The notes under the pieces are model-generated. The model worked only from the letters and a program-made list of their open reading frames with translations, was not told where the DNA came from and did not search any database. The position numbers and the translations under genes are program-made. Positions 40,898 to 55,460 of a stretch of DNA of 64,000 bases are shown in pieces. This stretch comes from Octopus sinensis (taxonomy: Eukaryota), in assembly GCF_006345805.1 (NCBI RefSeq), contig NC_043009.1, positions 32,674,001 to 32,738,000 on the forward strand, given 5' to 3'. How positions within the stretch are numbered: position 1 is the stretch's first letter; every line of letters begins with the position of its first letter.

Positions 40898-41283
40898 GTG
40901 GAGGCGCAATGGCCCAGTGGTTAGGGCAACGGACTCACGGTCGTAGGATCGCGGTTTCGATTCCCAGACCGGGCGTTGTGAGTGTTTATTGAGCGAAAGC
41001 ACCTAAAGCTCTACGAGGGTCCGGCAGGGATGGTGCTGATCCCTGCTGTACTCTTTCACTACGACTTTCTCTCACTCTTACTTCCTGTTTCTGTTGTACC
41101 TGTATTTCAAAGGGCCGGCCTTGTCACTCTCTGTGTCACGCTGAATATCCCCGAGAACTACGTTAAGCGTACACGTGTCTGTGGAGTGCTCAGCCACTTA
41201 CACGTTAATTTTACGAGCAGGCTGTTCCGTTGATCGGATCAACCGGAACCCTCGTCGAGGTAACGGACGGAGTGCTTCCATCC
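40898..41283 (+). mobile_element. tRNA-derived SINE, OR1-like family, full length
   Basis: Highly similar to 1950-2344; 12-bp TSD ataaactgtaaa at 40886-40897 and 41284-41295. Confidence 0.9.
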
Positions 41284-43589
41284 ATAAACTGTAAAAGCCT
41301 TGGCTTGAAATTACATAATATAGAACACACTTATCCGTGACTAAAGTCTTATTTTGATTACTATCAGACTCTTCCACAAGTTGTGTTTATTTTCGACATC
41401 CTGAAAATTTAATGGCAATCCTCCTACGTTTTATAAGTCTCATGTAACTATGATTTTCATTTCGAAAGTATAACCGCAAATTCTTGAATTTTCCTCCTCA
41501 ACATTACATTCTGATTAGTGAATATTAGCTTCCGCTTGATTAACCACACTTATTGCATTCAGTTAATTCCAAAGAATATATTCAGTTCTGTTCTTTGTTG
41601 TTATAATCGTCGTGGTGTATTTTATATAAAATGTTTTTAACGGAAGCGCAGGTTACTATTCAAATACTTACAGAGAATAAAGGGATTCTAATAGGGAAGT
41701 ATGATATAATCAACAACAAGTAGGAAGAACAAAGGTGAGAGTACACAACCAGGTCTCAGTCTGACTGCATTGAAAAGAAATCAGTGTTACCCGTTTCTGT
41801 TTTTATACAACAGTTTAAATTATATTGACTAGAGATTAATTATATTGACATTCGTCTCAGGAATATTACAGCAGTGTTTTCTCCAGCCTCCGTAACGCCT
41901 GTGAGTTATGGTTTCTGTGTGGTACTAGATGATCATAGGATTAAACGGTGATTATTATATATTCTACATAAATGCTGAATGAACTGTAGATGGAGAGAGA
42001 TGATCGATCGACTGATTGGTTGATTAATTATTTTGTATAAAACATAGTATTTTTTTGTATAAGAAATAATTGCTTCACAACTCTCAAAATTCTAATCCGT
42101 CTAAGTTAGATTCCGGCATTACACAAGACATCTTCTGTGAATAAATGATTTGCTTGCTGAAAATCTACAACCAGAGAAGGTGTTGGTCATAAATTATAAT
42201 AATAATTGAACAAATAAATAATCTTGATAAAGTATAACACTACACTACTTTATTAGATTGAAGAATCACTTCGTGATGTACACTCCGTAATACACATCAG
42301 TGACATAGTCAAGGGTTCGGATCTAGAACCGGGTGCATGTATAGTTATGGTACATCGACACCACTCTCAGTGAAGTTTTGTAGATGGAAGCAGCGTGGCC
42401 CATTAATTGATTTGGGTAATAAATGCAATCCATCAACTGGGATGAGACTACGACATGACACTTGGGGTGTCTTCAACGAAGAACTAGTTACTTCTAATGA
42501 TTTGCATTAGATCTCTTCAGTGTTGGGTTCTTTTACTTGCAACGGATTCAATTTCTTAGAATTGGTTATTGGTGTAGCCTTGCATCGCCCAATTATGAGA
42601 TTGATAACCAAAACTAAATTGGTGCCACATATATCAGTTATTGGTATATTTGACACCAATAATGAGTCATAAGAAACATTATGATAATATAGTCCATTTA
42701 TAAAGTATTCGATAAACTATGGCATATTTATATCAGTTAGCCTCACATTGCTGCCTATAATATATCCACGATGCCTTTCCCTGTTTCCATCTGGAGCATG
42801 TTCCTTGAGATTGTATAAAAGAGATGTAATAGAATTAAAATCCAGAATCTTACAAACTTTATTTTAATCTGTCAAATTAATTACTTCTTCCCATCCATTT
42901 TAAATATTTCCTTAAGCTACATTCTGACTTATCTCTTAACGTGTTTCCCTGGTGGATTACAAGAAAATTTGGAAAATGGTTTATCATAAAATTTTATAAG
43001 ACTAATGCTTAATTCGCACCTTTTTCAAAACTTTATGGCATTTACTTCATCAATTATATTATCGTGCTTTTCAGAGAATAAATGCCGAAATCGATAAGGA
43101 TTTATTGATTTTCATATCTTTATACTTTACTCTGATTAACACATAGTAATGGCAGTATGTGCCAAAATGCTGAAAAAAGAGAAACATTTTAAATGGAAAA
43201 AAGCTACCAAATATCTGTTAGTAAAAGAGGAAGATATTCCCATGTTTCCCAAAATTTTTATAACCATTCATAACAATCCCTTGTCATTAATGGCACATTA
43301 TCAGCCAGTGAATAAACTGACACATCAACTGGATCAGTGAGATACTGACAGAACTGATAGCGGTTAAATGCTTTTCCTCTGAAAGCTGTTATACAATAAG
43401 TATGTCTCATACACGCGCTGATGATCAGCTACTTTCAACCACCGACAATTATATTTTTATCAACTTTCCAAGCACTTTGTTGCATTTAATCAGACTAAAA
43501 CTCATTCGACATGGGACATATACACTTATCACTTTGATTATTTTATTCTGATTTTCTCAATTATATCTTCCTTATATAAATATAAATAT

Positions 43590-43657
<68 letters not shown>

Positions 43658-44647
43658 GTGTGAGGTATATGTAAAATAAAAATTATTCATAAAGGTAATA
43701 AATAACTAAATATCTATGAAGGGAAATGTCTGTTAGTCTAATAGAAATCCTTGCTTTGCAAGAACTGAATGTATATGCATTGAATGGAATTAATGCAGGA
43801 AACAGATTAACCATTTAGTGGCTGTCTTTGTGCTGAAAGTAAGGTATCAATACTACAGGAACATAAATGGCGTTTTCCCTTTAAATGAAACCCCATATTT
43901 ACAAATAGAGCTGAATTGGTTAAATTACGGCACTAACGTGTTGATATTAGAGGGAATTGTTGCACTAGTTAAACAATCTTAAATAATAGACTAGAATGTT
44001 AATAAAATATAACCACATCAGGATAGAATCCATGTGAATTACTCTAAGCTTGGAACCAACAGTGGTCAGCATCAAATGATCGTCCTGGCTGTTGTTAACC
44101 CTAACGCAGTTCTCATCAAGCAGGACAGACATGGGATTATACAAAAACAAACGTATTTTTCTATTAGGCACGATAAAATTCCCATTTGTTACTTTCTATC
44201 TTTAAGATGAATAAAGGGTAATTTTGAAGGAGAACAGGCTGATATTTGTAGCACTTCCAGCGGCCTTGTAGAGATATCACGTGATGACATTTTTAGCTTA
44301 ATTGGTTTTGTATAAGCCTGTGAAATTCAATAGATTCATATTTTCTTTTCAAGATATTTGAAGCAACAGCCTTGATATTAGTTCTGGTATTTAGTTCTGG
44401 CAATGAAGCATCTGATAGCATTAGAACTGCTATACACACTCCCAGATGCTATATATTCCTCTTCGAAAAGCCATTATTGCTTTTAGCAAACATGAATGGT
44501 CAATATTGAACGGTTTAAGACGTGAATGAAACAGTGTTCTTGTGGCCGTTGTTATCCCCGGGTTAGTCATAAATCTGACCTATTAACAAAATTACTCCAG
44601 CCGTATTAACCTTATCTTCATAATTCAGTAGGTGTGTATGTATATAT

Positions 44648-44880
44648 TTATTCTTTTACTCTTTTACTTGTTTCCGTCATTTGCCTGCAGCCATGATGGT
44701 GCACCGCCTTAAAGGGTGTCAGTCGAGGAAATCGACCCCAGGACTTATTCTCCTTTGCGGAACTGCTAAATTACGGGGACATAAATACACCGGCATCGGT
44801 TGTCAATGGATTGGGTGTGGACAAACACAGACATAAACAAACAAATATATACATACATACATACATATATATATTTATGC

Positions 44881-44941
<61 letters not shown>

Positions 44942-45100
44942 GACGAGCTTCTTCCAGTTCTCATCTACCAAATCCACTCACAAGTTTTTGGTAGGTTCGA
45001 GGCTGTTGTAGAAGACACCTGCCGAAGGTGCCACGCAGTACGACTGAACCCAGAACCATGAGGTTGATAAGCAAGCTTCTTACCACACAGCCAAGCCTGA
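44648..45100 (-). mobile_element. SINE, OK-like family, near full length with expanded internal (TA)n
   Basis: ttttactcttttacttgtttccgtcatttg...aaatcgaccccaggacttattc...gcaagcttcttaccacacagcc. Confidence 0.85.
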
Positions 45101-45128
45101 TATATAAATTTGTGTGCGTGCGTGTATA

Positions 45129-45860
45129 CAGCTGTTGGACAAGATATTTAAAACACCTTAAAATTTCAAACAAATTTATTTTAATATGGGGTAGGACCGC
45201 TTTTTCCAATAATTACAGCTTGAATTTTACGAGGTATGGAAACGTACAAAGTTTGAATTGTTTCTAAAGGACTTTTGTTCCATTCTTCACCTAAAAGGTT
45301 TCCAGTTCTTGCAGTGATGATGGTGGAGGATATCAACTCCTTACATGTTTTTTCTAAAATGCATCATAAATGTTCGATAATACTGCGATCTGGGGACTGT
45401 GGTGGCCAGATAGGATGTTTAACTTCACTAGAATGTTCCTCGTGCCATTCAGTAACAAATTTAGCTGTGTGAATTAATGCATTATCATCCTGAAAGATTG
45501 CGTTTCCCTCCGGAAACTGTTCCGCAACCATAGGACTAACTTGATCACATAAAATGCCTAAATTGTCTTGAGTATTAATTCTGCCATGAAGAAAAACCAT
45601 TAGGCTGGCGGATTTCCAAGATATAGCCCCCCACCCCAGATCATCACAGATCCTCCTCCATGTTTAACAGTTGGAAGAAAACAGTCTGGGCCAAATGCTT
45701 CTTTTGGATGTCTCCACACGTATACTCAGCCAGTGGTCGGAAATAAGGTAAAGGATGACTCATCCGAGAAAATAACATTCTTCCACACCTCTAGGGACCA
45801 GTTTTGTAGATTTTACTCCACTCTAAACGCTTGCTTTTGGAGGTATGGGTTTTCTGATTG
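45129..45860 (-). mobile_element. Decayed Tc1-like transposon, 3' half with one TIR
   Basis: ORF 45364-45600 AIFQDDNALIHTAKFVTEWHEEHSSEVKHPIWPPQSPDRSIIEHL (DDE catalytic region); terminal ta|cagctgttggacaagatatttaaaacacc. Confidence 0.85.
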
Positions 45861-46650
45861 CAGCACCATTAAAAGTGATGGTCGGTGACAAATACAAACA
45901 CACAAACACACAAACACAGATGGTTGAAACGGGCTACTGAAAAAATACTAAAAGGGCCTCACGTTGTGAATAGGTTCCAAATGCTAGATTAAAACCATAA
46001 ACAAACTTTCTTCCTTCGCTAACGCAATACACGGGAAATATAAATACAAATAACTGTCCATAAACTACAAAGCAGATTCACACATCTACATACATATATT
46101 TGCACGTGTATATTATATATATATAATATTTGTAAGCAAAGCCGATGCCTTTGTAAGTCACAGAGAAAGAGCGACTATGAAAGTCTCTTATGCAATATTT
46201 GAATGAATTTGAAGGGTGACCGTGTTGGCCCAATCCGATACGCAAGGAGTCGTGTAAGAGTTAATTTGTGTATTCGATTCTGACCTGCGTTAGCTCATCA
46301 TTTTTAAGTTTCGCTTTAAATCGGAGTATATATTAATATTATGATATATTATATAGTCGTTAATATTATGATATATTATATAGTTGTGTGTGTGTGTGTG
46401 TGTATTGTCTGTCTTTTCAAAAATGTCGCAAGAATACCACCCTTAGCTCGTACTTTATTAATCGACGACGAGCGGAATAATAGTAGGCATGACCTCAACC
46501 TGACTGAAACTCACAGTAGAGAGAGAGAGAGGGGGGAGAGAGAGAACATGTACTGCAAGGTATTCTACTTGATTCCCAAGAAGTCCGGAATTCGATGCGC
46601 TTAAATGCGACATATATTACTGAAAGTATTATATAGATTTCTTCCTTTAG

Positions 46651-46778
46651 GATGATAAGTCCATCATGCCCTGGCAAAGAATATATCCAGAATTGGATAT
46701 TGCATTTGTAATATCCGCTTACCAGACGCTTGTTCACAGTTACAGATATCATCACAATAGAGTTTATACTGAATTTAG
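46651..46778 (+). CDS. Candidate internal coding exon of an unidentified gene (DDKSIMPWQRIYPELDIAFVISAYQTLVHSYRYHHNRVYTEF)
   Basis: Acceptor tttcttcctttag|G, donor AG|gtaatt, 128 nt, only one frame open (phase 0 to phase 2), non-repetitive composition; no family recognised. Confidence 0.4.
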
Positions 46779-47530
46779 GTAATTGCTTTGGTTTTTTTTT
46801 GGGGGGGGGTTATATGAAGAGTGTCAAGACGATAATTCTTGAAAATATTCTAGTTCGAATAAGAAAGTATTTCGGTCTGTAACAAACAGCAGAAATATAA
46901 TTTTAAAACATTATCTAAAATAGTATAAATCCCTATCAGCCTGTCCCAAACTGTCAAATCTCTACCAGCACGCGACATTGGAAAGCATTCAGCATTAGCA
47001 GATTGTCAAGTAAGCATTTCTAATAAGAAGTCAGATCCCGAAGCTTAAAACCTTTGACAAAATAGTTTATGCCTCTTAGAATATTTGCATCAAACAGCAG
47101 TAAAACTTGCTCTTGGCTCTCAACTACATTATTTTACCTTGTTTTATTGCAATTTTGGGACTGGATTTACAATGATCTAATGTTGAGCAACTTCTACGTT
47201 TGTTAACCCTGCTTTAATGATAGTGCCATGTTGCCAGATTTAGCAGCAAGTAACGAAATTATACATTATAAAGCTGTGAAATAATGTTCCAATTTAAGAA
47301 AACAATTTCCTTAGCTCTTACACCAACTTATTTATTTATTTCTAACTCGAAATCAATATTGTGTTGGCTTTAAATACAGATTCTATAAAAACATACATTC
47401 ATACTACATATTGCTTAGGAAGGGATGCAATAAACTTGAAATTAGCGTTATTTGGTGCAGCACGTGTATGAATTTACACATATAAACACACAAACATGCA
47501 CGCGCGCTTGCATTTACGTGTTTGCGTGTA

Positions 47531-47586
<56 letters not shown>

Positions 47587-47593
<7 letters not shown>

Positions 47594-47740
47594 AGAAAGT
47601 TTACGAAAAAAACAAAAGACGAAGACGGGTGGTGTACAAAACAAACAGATGTATTAGTAAAGCGCTCAGGAATAGAAAAAGTAATTTACGTTTCGAGCCT
47701 ACGCTCTTCTACAGAAAGGTACACAGAAAAAACATATATG
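47587..47740 (-). mobile_element. Short TA-flanked repeat with PLE-type hammerhead-like motif (copy B)
   Basis: gtttacgaaaaaaacaaaagacgaagac...cgctcaggaatagaaaaa...tacgtttcgagcctacgctcttctacagaaag shared with copy A. Perfect GAGC/GCUC stem II; motif at 47687-47719. Confidence 0.55.
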
Positions 47741-49537
47741 AAAATATATATATATATATATATATATGCATAAATATACTCATATGTGGATGTGTATTTA
47801 TGCATAAATATTCATATACTTACGTGCAAATATCTGGATTAAATTATTAACTCGGAGCAATTATTACATCGTTACTACAAATTTCATGGGGCACCTCAAA
47901 AACTACTTGCATATAATGACTACTGTGGGACGTTCGAATTAAAGAACATGAACGTATCCACTAATTCCTTCCTTCTGCTTGGTTTCATTTGGTTTGTTGC
48001 TGATAAATGTCCACTAGAGAAATGAACTATACATGGTGAGTTAACATTCTTCCAGTGATGGCAATAATTAAAAAAGGATGCTATATTCCCATGGTGATAG
48101 TTGTCTGTTAATTCAGATTTACAATATAGAGCTTTTTTTTAAAAAAAACGGTGTAGTTATTTTCTTAATATTAGAGATTAATATAACAAATATTTTACTT
48201 AATTGTTGTTATGGACAGAGTTATACATTTGCAAATTTGAAAATATTAATATCCTCAAGTAAGAACTCGATAACCTAAAAGAGAAAGATCAAGTTTAAAA
48301 TATAATTGATTATTTTAACCTAAATCAAACATGGTAAGAAATGAAATTATTTGAGGTTGTGCAGTGGAAGAAGTCTTAACACATTCTAAACGAGATATCT
48401 TGTTTAATATCCAAATGCCATTCTTTCAAGAAAGGTCAACTTTGTAGTTACCACAAAAGCGTCAAAGCGTATTAAACCCTCTTCTAATGAACGTCCGTCG
48501 ACCAGAAGTCTTTGCATTTATAAAATTGATGAGATAAAAAAAAATCTAGCAACAGGGCCTCAGATTTCTGTGATATCACTCAAACAATGACTTCGTCAAT
48601 AACCCTACTCAATAGACGGTTGCCTTCAGGTAATGTTGTTAGAGGCCATATCTTCGAAATCAAAAGAGAAAAGCGTCCGTTGTGTGCCATCAACAAAATA
48701 CGGTACACATATGTGTATATTTAGGTGTACATATATATATATAGATTAAAATCATGTGAGCTCCTTTAACCTATTCGAAATGGGTACACACGAACTATCT
48801 TCTGCTTGTAATAAATCATTTCAGAGAGGAATACTCGCATGAATGAAATACGATCGACTATCTTCACATCGCTTATATGCATCATGTATGTTTGAAACCC
48901 TTTGACAAGCGCAGTCAACCATGCACCCGATGGAACTTGAACATCTGTGAAAATGAATTATTCCAATTCTTTGAAAGTGTTTAGGGTGTATCAACCAGTA
49001 TAAACCAGCATTTACACGTCAGCTTTGTACGTATAATTTATATAACATTTATTTCGGTTTTCGTATGTGTTTTTCGTTAGAGCTTTGATATGAAATCACA
49101 AGTTGAGACACATGTTCTTGCACGTTGCGGATGTTCTTTCGACAATAAGAAAAACACACACAAACATACGTGAGTGTGTTTCTTATTGGCAACATGGCCC
49201 TCCCAAAATGTAACATAAAGTTTAGCGCAAGGAAGAATTTTATACGAAGGAAGCATTTCAAATAAGAAAAGCAATTTTATGAAGTAAAAGTCGGTAATAT
49301 GCAGAGGGAGAATAAAGCACAGACGGGGTCTCAAGAGCTGGATATTTTGTTACATGAGTAGAGACAAAATACTTCAAACAAAATAATAAAATTCGGATCG
49401 ATGAATGTTTAACAGGTATATTGATTTCTTCATCGAATCAATTTCACTAGCAAAGTATGTAATTAAAATGAAGGGCTTTAAAAGTGATAAAATCTAATAA
49501 ATATAGTATGAGACCAACCGCATAGCATGAATTCCGA

Positions 49538-49543
49538 ATAATA

Positions 49544-49583
<40 letters not shown>

Positions 49584-49595
49584 TGATGATGATGA

Positions 49596-49627
<32 letters not shown>

Positions 49628-49666
49628 TGATGATGATGATAATAATAATAATAATAATAATAATAA

Positions 49667-49730
<64 letters not shown>

Positions 49731-49732
49731 TG
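49538..49732 (+). repeat. (TAA)n/(TGA)n/(TAG)n compound microsatellite
   Basis: Direct reading. Confidence 0.95.
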
Positions 49733-51169
49733 TAGTACATTTACAAAATTAAGACAGTTGAATCTGCCCCCCTCCTACATTTTGATTACAAATTGTTATA
49801 AAGCTCATTAAACAGACTATTAAACACAGGAAAAAGTGTGACTTGTGAAATAATATAATCGGTTATGTAAAGAAATTCTCTTGTGTCCCTTTTCAATTCA
49901 TGTAATGTTCGACGCGTGAGTATGTGTGTGTGCGTACGTGCGTGCGTGTGTGTGTGCGTATATGCGTGTTTATTTATATATGCGTGTATTATTTGAGTTG
50001 TTTGGTTAAAGTATATTTCATTATTTTTTACTGTGTCCTTGTTTGTTTTCTAATACCAATTCCTTATTTCGATATTGTTATCCGAATTTTCAATTTATGT
50101 TCCAGGCTTTCTTCCATACACATTGCTTTCCCGTTCTTTCACTCCTGAGACCGTTTGTCTTTTATTCATCATAATATGGTTGCATTACCTTTGCAAAAGC
50201 TGAGATCAAAGCAAAACAATTATTCTTAACATATGTGAAAATAAGAAAAAAAAATACCCTCATAGTGTCATCCAAATATACCAATCGATATTATATGTGT
50301 GCCTATGTATGTCTGCATGTGTGTATGCGTAGATAAATGTATATGTATGAATGTGAGTGTACATATATATACATACATATATATATATACAAGCAAACAT
50401 ATGTAATATATATTATAAAAATCGATATATATTATATTCACACACACACAGGTACGAATACATATATATATATATGTGTATATATACACATTCGCACTAA
50501 AATGTATATATGAAGGTGTTACATAGTTCTATACGTTTGTGTATATTTGAGTGGAAAAAAAGAGATTGATTGTAGATAAAGTGATAGAGTAGAAGCATAG
50601 AAAGGGCGGGTGATAGAGTTTGGAAATCTGTTTCAAAGTATCGATAGAATAGGTTGCTAATCTGATATGTTATCGCAGTCAAACTAACACTTCCTAAAAT
50701 ACAGACCTTTATATTTATGTCGATATTGTACAACCATAAAAGAGCATACGAAGCATATTTTCACAACTACATAAATGTTCATGTAGCCAGACTTTAGCTT
50801 TTGATGCAAACATTATTATTATTGTTGCTGTCGTATTGTTGTTAATGGGTGTGGAGTGGTTGATGGAGAGGTTGGTATCGGTGTTGATGCTTGTGGTGAT
50901 TCTTATTCCATTGTGATCTGCGTGTAAAAAGGAATAAAATAAAATTGGTTTGAAACGAAACTACATTATTTTTTCGAAATATTGTTTTCTTGTTTAAACA
51001 AAGAGGTTCTTGCTTTATATGAGAATATATGATGAGGTTGTATGATGGCCATGCCTATCTCAAGAGTTTTAGTCAAACAACTACAATAGAGATCAAAATT
51101 GAGATGTGGGCTCTGCTGGGATACTGCCGTCTGCCATATAAAAATTCATTTCTCATTGAGTAGTTTCAG

Positions 51170-51193
51170 AGAAGCTATTTCCTGGAGAGTGAG
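51170..51193 (+). CDS. Candidate 24-nt exon (R-EAISWRV), phase-compatible with 46651-46778
   Basis: tagtttcag|AGAAGCTATTTCCTGGAGAGTGAG|gtatgt. Confidence 0.2.
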
Positions 51194-52145
51194 GTATGTT
51201 TTATTGAAATTCCCCTTGTATATTACAGTGTAAGTTAAAATTTCTCCCGGCTGGATTAGGCTTCAGATTATTGATAAAATAAAAGTAAATATTATTAACG
51301 TTTTATATCTTTTCTCTACTTTACCATGCATGCCGAAACACCCACGTCTGTAACAATATTGATTGTTTATAAATGCACAACATAAGTGACTTATAGAACA
51401 TCTCTGGTCAGCTGCTGTAAGTATAAAAGGCACAATGCACCTCGAAGGAATTTTGCAGATGGAACCATGGGTGCAATAACGAAATTTATTGAATTCACTG
51501 ATCTATCAATTCACTTAGTTTTTAATAATCATCAAGCCAAACAGAAATTTGTCTGCCGTGCAGTTAATGTGATGCTATTTGCGCCCCTGTTTCAAACTCC
51601 TCTGATGTCAGTTTTGTCCTTTATGTTCCCAGCGCGGTGATAAAATGCCAGCTACATATTGATGTCTACTTATCTGTGACCAGGAATAAACTATGAAATA
51701 CTGTAAGCAGGTTATGATAAAGAATTAATATTCTCTTACTTCCATGAAATACAGGAGGGTTAAGCAACGTCCTAACAATCTCTTTTAACAATCAAACATT
51801 CTTCAAAGAAACAAAGAAAATGACAGGAATGGGAGAACACCGATCTGCCGTGCAACAGGAAACACGTTTTCCGTTTTTACATTTTATTTTAGTTTTTCTG
51901 TGCTTGTCGATAATTCCTCCAATCTTGGACAAGTTGATGACTGTAGCTAACTTCAAACAAGGCCTTATCTGTTCACTTTATTTGAAAATACTTTGGAACA
52001 CTGGCTCTACTCGAGCGACTAATTCTCTCCTAAGGTACTTCGTTCTTTAATAATTATCTTTATTTTTGTATTTCAATCGCTCTTTTGCTCTAGATCTGTC
52101 TCACTCTCTGTACATATATATACTTGCATGCATATACACACATAT

Positions 52146-52193
<48 letters not shown>

Positions 52194-52195
52194 CA

Positions 52196-52225
<30 letters not shown>

Positions 52226-52227
<2 letters not shown>

Positions 52228-52355
52228 CGACGGGCTTCTATCAGTTTCAGTCAAATCTTCACAGAATGCCTTGGTCGGCCGGAGGCTGTAGTAGAAGACA
52301 CTTGCACAACTGGCAACGCAGTGGAACTGAACCCAGAACCATGTGGTTCGGAAGC
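52226..52355 (-). mobile_element. SINE, OK-like family, head-only fragment
   Basis: tacgacgggcttctatcagtttc...gtagaagacacttgc...gaactgaacccagaaccatgtggtt. Confidence 0.7.
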
Positions 52356-52399
52356 CTATATAGCTATCTAGCTAGATAGCTACATAGATAGATAGCTAC

Positions 52400-52434
<35 letters not shown>

Positions 52435-52684
52435 AGAGAGAGGTAGATAGGTTTAGATACTTAACTCTCCAACCTGAAGACGGAAGCCAGATCAAACTAA
52501 TGTATATATACTTCCAGTAGTGGTTGCATATTTTTGCGAGCTACATCGCCCAAAATTATAAATTAATTCCCCCCCCCCCAGAATATGCTGTCGGATAAGT
52601 AGCACCATACCGTCTCCCCTTAATATTATTATGTCCTTGTACTCTATGTAATTTTAGTATATTAATATATACATATTTCTGAAT

Positions 52685-53032
52685 GTGGAGGCGCATAGGG
52701 CAGCAGACTCGTGGTCGTAGGATCGTGGTTTCGATTTCCAGGGGGCGTTGTGAGTGTTTATTTTGGTAAAACATCTAAAGCTCTACAAGGCTCCGACAGG
52801 GGGTGGTGGCGAACCCTACTGTAGTCTTTCATCACAACTTTTTCTCACTTTTCCTGTTCTGTTGTACCTGTAATTCAAGGCCAGCCTTATCACACTCTGT
52901 GTCACTCTCAATCTCCCCGAGAAGTCCGTTAAGAGTAACGTGTCTGTGGAGTGCTCAGCCACTTTCACGTTAATTTCACAAGCAGGCTGTTCCGTTGATC
53001 CGATCAACTGCAAACCTCGTCGTCGTAACCGA
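52685..53032 (+). mobile_element. tRNA-derived SINE, OR1-like family, older copy with A-box deletion
   Basis: Homologous to the two copies above; possible 7-bp TSD tctgaat at 52678-52684 and 53033-53039. Confidence 0.85.
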
Positions 53033-53519
53033 TCTGAATATTTATACATGATCATTCATCTTCAGTTTTTGTTTTTTCATTATTTACATGTTTAAATGTA
53101 CATATATTTGGCATATCTAGCCCAATATTTCTCCCCCCACTCTTTCTGTCTCTACCTCTCTCTTTCTGTCTGTCTTTCTCTCTCCTTCCCCTCTCTCTCT
53201 CTCTCCCTCTCTCTACGAGAATTCCTGTGAATTAAACGTGGCTGTGTTTTTCAAAATAGAAGTGAACAGCTTTCTCCATGTGATCGGCTTGAAAAAGTAT
53301 TATCAATTGTAAATTATCAATCCATTGCAGTAATTAAATTTCAAAATGAGTATCTTTCGCTTTGAGCATAGCCTGCAAATGAGTGATCACTGAGTTGCAT
53401 GAGCGCCGTACGACCTATTTATTCAAATTGATCCATGTAGATAGAAGGTTTTACTTCAGATCTGATACATTTGAATAGGAGAGAACAAAAATATTGCTCT
53501 CTAAGATGGACAAGATAGC

Positions 53520-54420
53520 AAAGTCCATGGGAGGCCATACCGTCTTGTCACAAAAAAACCCTGCTGAAATACTGTTTGCACTACCTCTGTTTCAAACTGG
53601 ATTTGAGGGCTGGTGCCCCTTCTTGAGTGAAGATGTAACGATCACCAATGGTCTCTGTGATCCTGGGTAACACTTTCCATCCAGCAGTTTCACATAAACT
53701 TCACTGTTGACCTTGACGCCAGCATCGATGAAGATCAAGGGTGATTTGGACCCCTCAAATGAAACTGCGGTCCACATTATGAGGGAAGCTGACTTCTGAC
53801 AACGTAAATGACTCCTTCTACCTTAAGGCAAGTCTCCTGCAATACTTGCATAAAGCCTATCATTCTGCCTGATGGTAACTGCCTCTAAGGTGAAGATCTT
53901 CTCGTCGGACCAGATCAACACTCGCTTCATCTCACCTAACGTGGTTTTACCTCTGTCGAGCCGTTTTGTTTTGGAAAATCTTGAAATTAACTGCCGGGGT
54001 TGCTTCTTGTATGCAGTTAACTTTAAACCCTTTTTCGAAATATCAAGTGCTTTTGCAGTTTTTCTTGCATTCGCCTGGGGATTTCGGTTCATTCGCTTAT
54101 TCACAGCTTCAATAGTTTGTTTCGTACGAATTGATCGTTTCCTACAAAGAATTCCCTTGCTAGAGATAGTAGCGGACTCCATATGTCGTTTTCAGGTATT
54201 GTACGTTGATTTACGGCGCATATTCAACTGTTTCGTTATGTCCTTGTTGCTCACTCCTGTTATTTTCAAAGTAACAACCTGGTCACATTTTGCCTTCGAC
54301 CCCGTGTTTGTTTACAAGTCTAGCCTGTTATAGACAAAAGAAACAATAAACACATGAACAAAAGACATGCAAATTTTTATGTAAAATATACATAAGTATG
54401 TTACAAAAAGAAAATAGAGA
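53520..54420 (-). mobile_element. Decayed maT/DD37D-like transposase
   Basis: ORFs 53823-54182 (LIWSDEKIFTLEAVTIRQNDRLYA) and 53592-53777 (MWTAVSFEGSKSPLIFIDAGVKVNSEVY), followed by FTQEGAP remnant. Confidence 0.85.
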
Positions 54421-54770
54421 CTACACATGGAAACGTAAGCGAAAATGCAATTTGGAAATCGAAAAAAGTAAAGGCTTTTTATGAAAAGTAACGATAGATA
54501 TATACAATTAGATGAACTGAGGTAGAAATAAAAGTAATAAAAGTAATTATTGTGAATTGTTACATAGATTCAGAGTCATACCGGTTTCGTAAAATTACAG
54601 TTCACTGGCTTTGAATGCGAACGGTGTCGGGTCTAATAGACCCCAAGTAAAAAGATTATCTGTAAAGGAGGTAAGTAGTTCTGAATTTGGTGCAATTAGG
54701 GTAGATATAATCATGTAATGTGAATGGTGTGGTGTATGGCATGTATGGGAGTTAGTGGTATTAACTGAAG

Positions 54771-54999
54771 GCGGCGAGCTGGCAGAAACGTTAGCACGCC
54801 GGGCGAAATGCTTAGCGGTATTTCTTCTGCGTTACGTTCTGAGTTCAAATTCCGCCGAGGTCGACTTTGCCTTTCATCCTTTCGGGGTCGATAAATTAAG
54901 TACCAGTTACGCACTGGGGTCGATGTAATCGACTTAATACCTATGTCTGTCGTTGTTTGTCCCCTCTGTGTTTAGCCCCTAGTGGGTAATAAAGAAATA
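54771..54999 (+). mobile_element. tRNA-headed SINE, third family (conserved gtcgactttgcctttcatcctttcggggtcgataaa core)
   Basis: gcggcgagctggcagaaacgttagc head, B box gagttcaaattcc; flanked by 14-bp direct repeat with one mismatch (54757-54770 / 55000-55013). Confidence 0.85.
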
Positions 55000-55104
55000 G
55001 GTATTAATTGAAGGGTTACTAGTGTTCTGTATTGTTATGTGTTCATATTGAGTTGTGGAAGATATTTATTGCTGAACGTTGCCTCTTCATTCATTCTAAT
55101 CTTT

Positions 55105-55194
<90 letters not shown>

Positions 55195-55460
55195 GAGTAT
55201 ATGAGGGGTTTATTTCACTTATGATTTAAACTGATAGGTACGCTGCTTAAATGCTATAATTGGTCATCCGTTAGGTTCCAATTTCATAGCAGGGGCTGGC
55301 GTTAGGGATTCGTTGTAAGCTTCGGAGTTAGCAGGTATAAATTAAAGGAAAATGGGAAACAAAACCAAGGCTGGACGAGTATCTCAGGTCAATTAGTATA
55401 TTTAATTAGAGTAAGAAGAATCAAAAAACGACAAGTAAAAGTAATTAATGCCATACAGCT

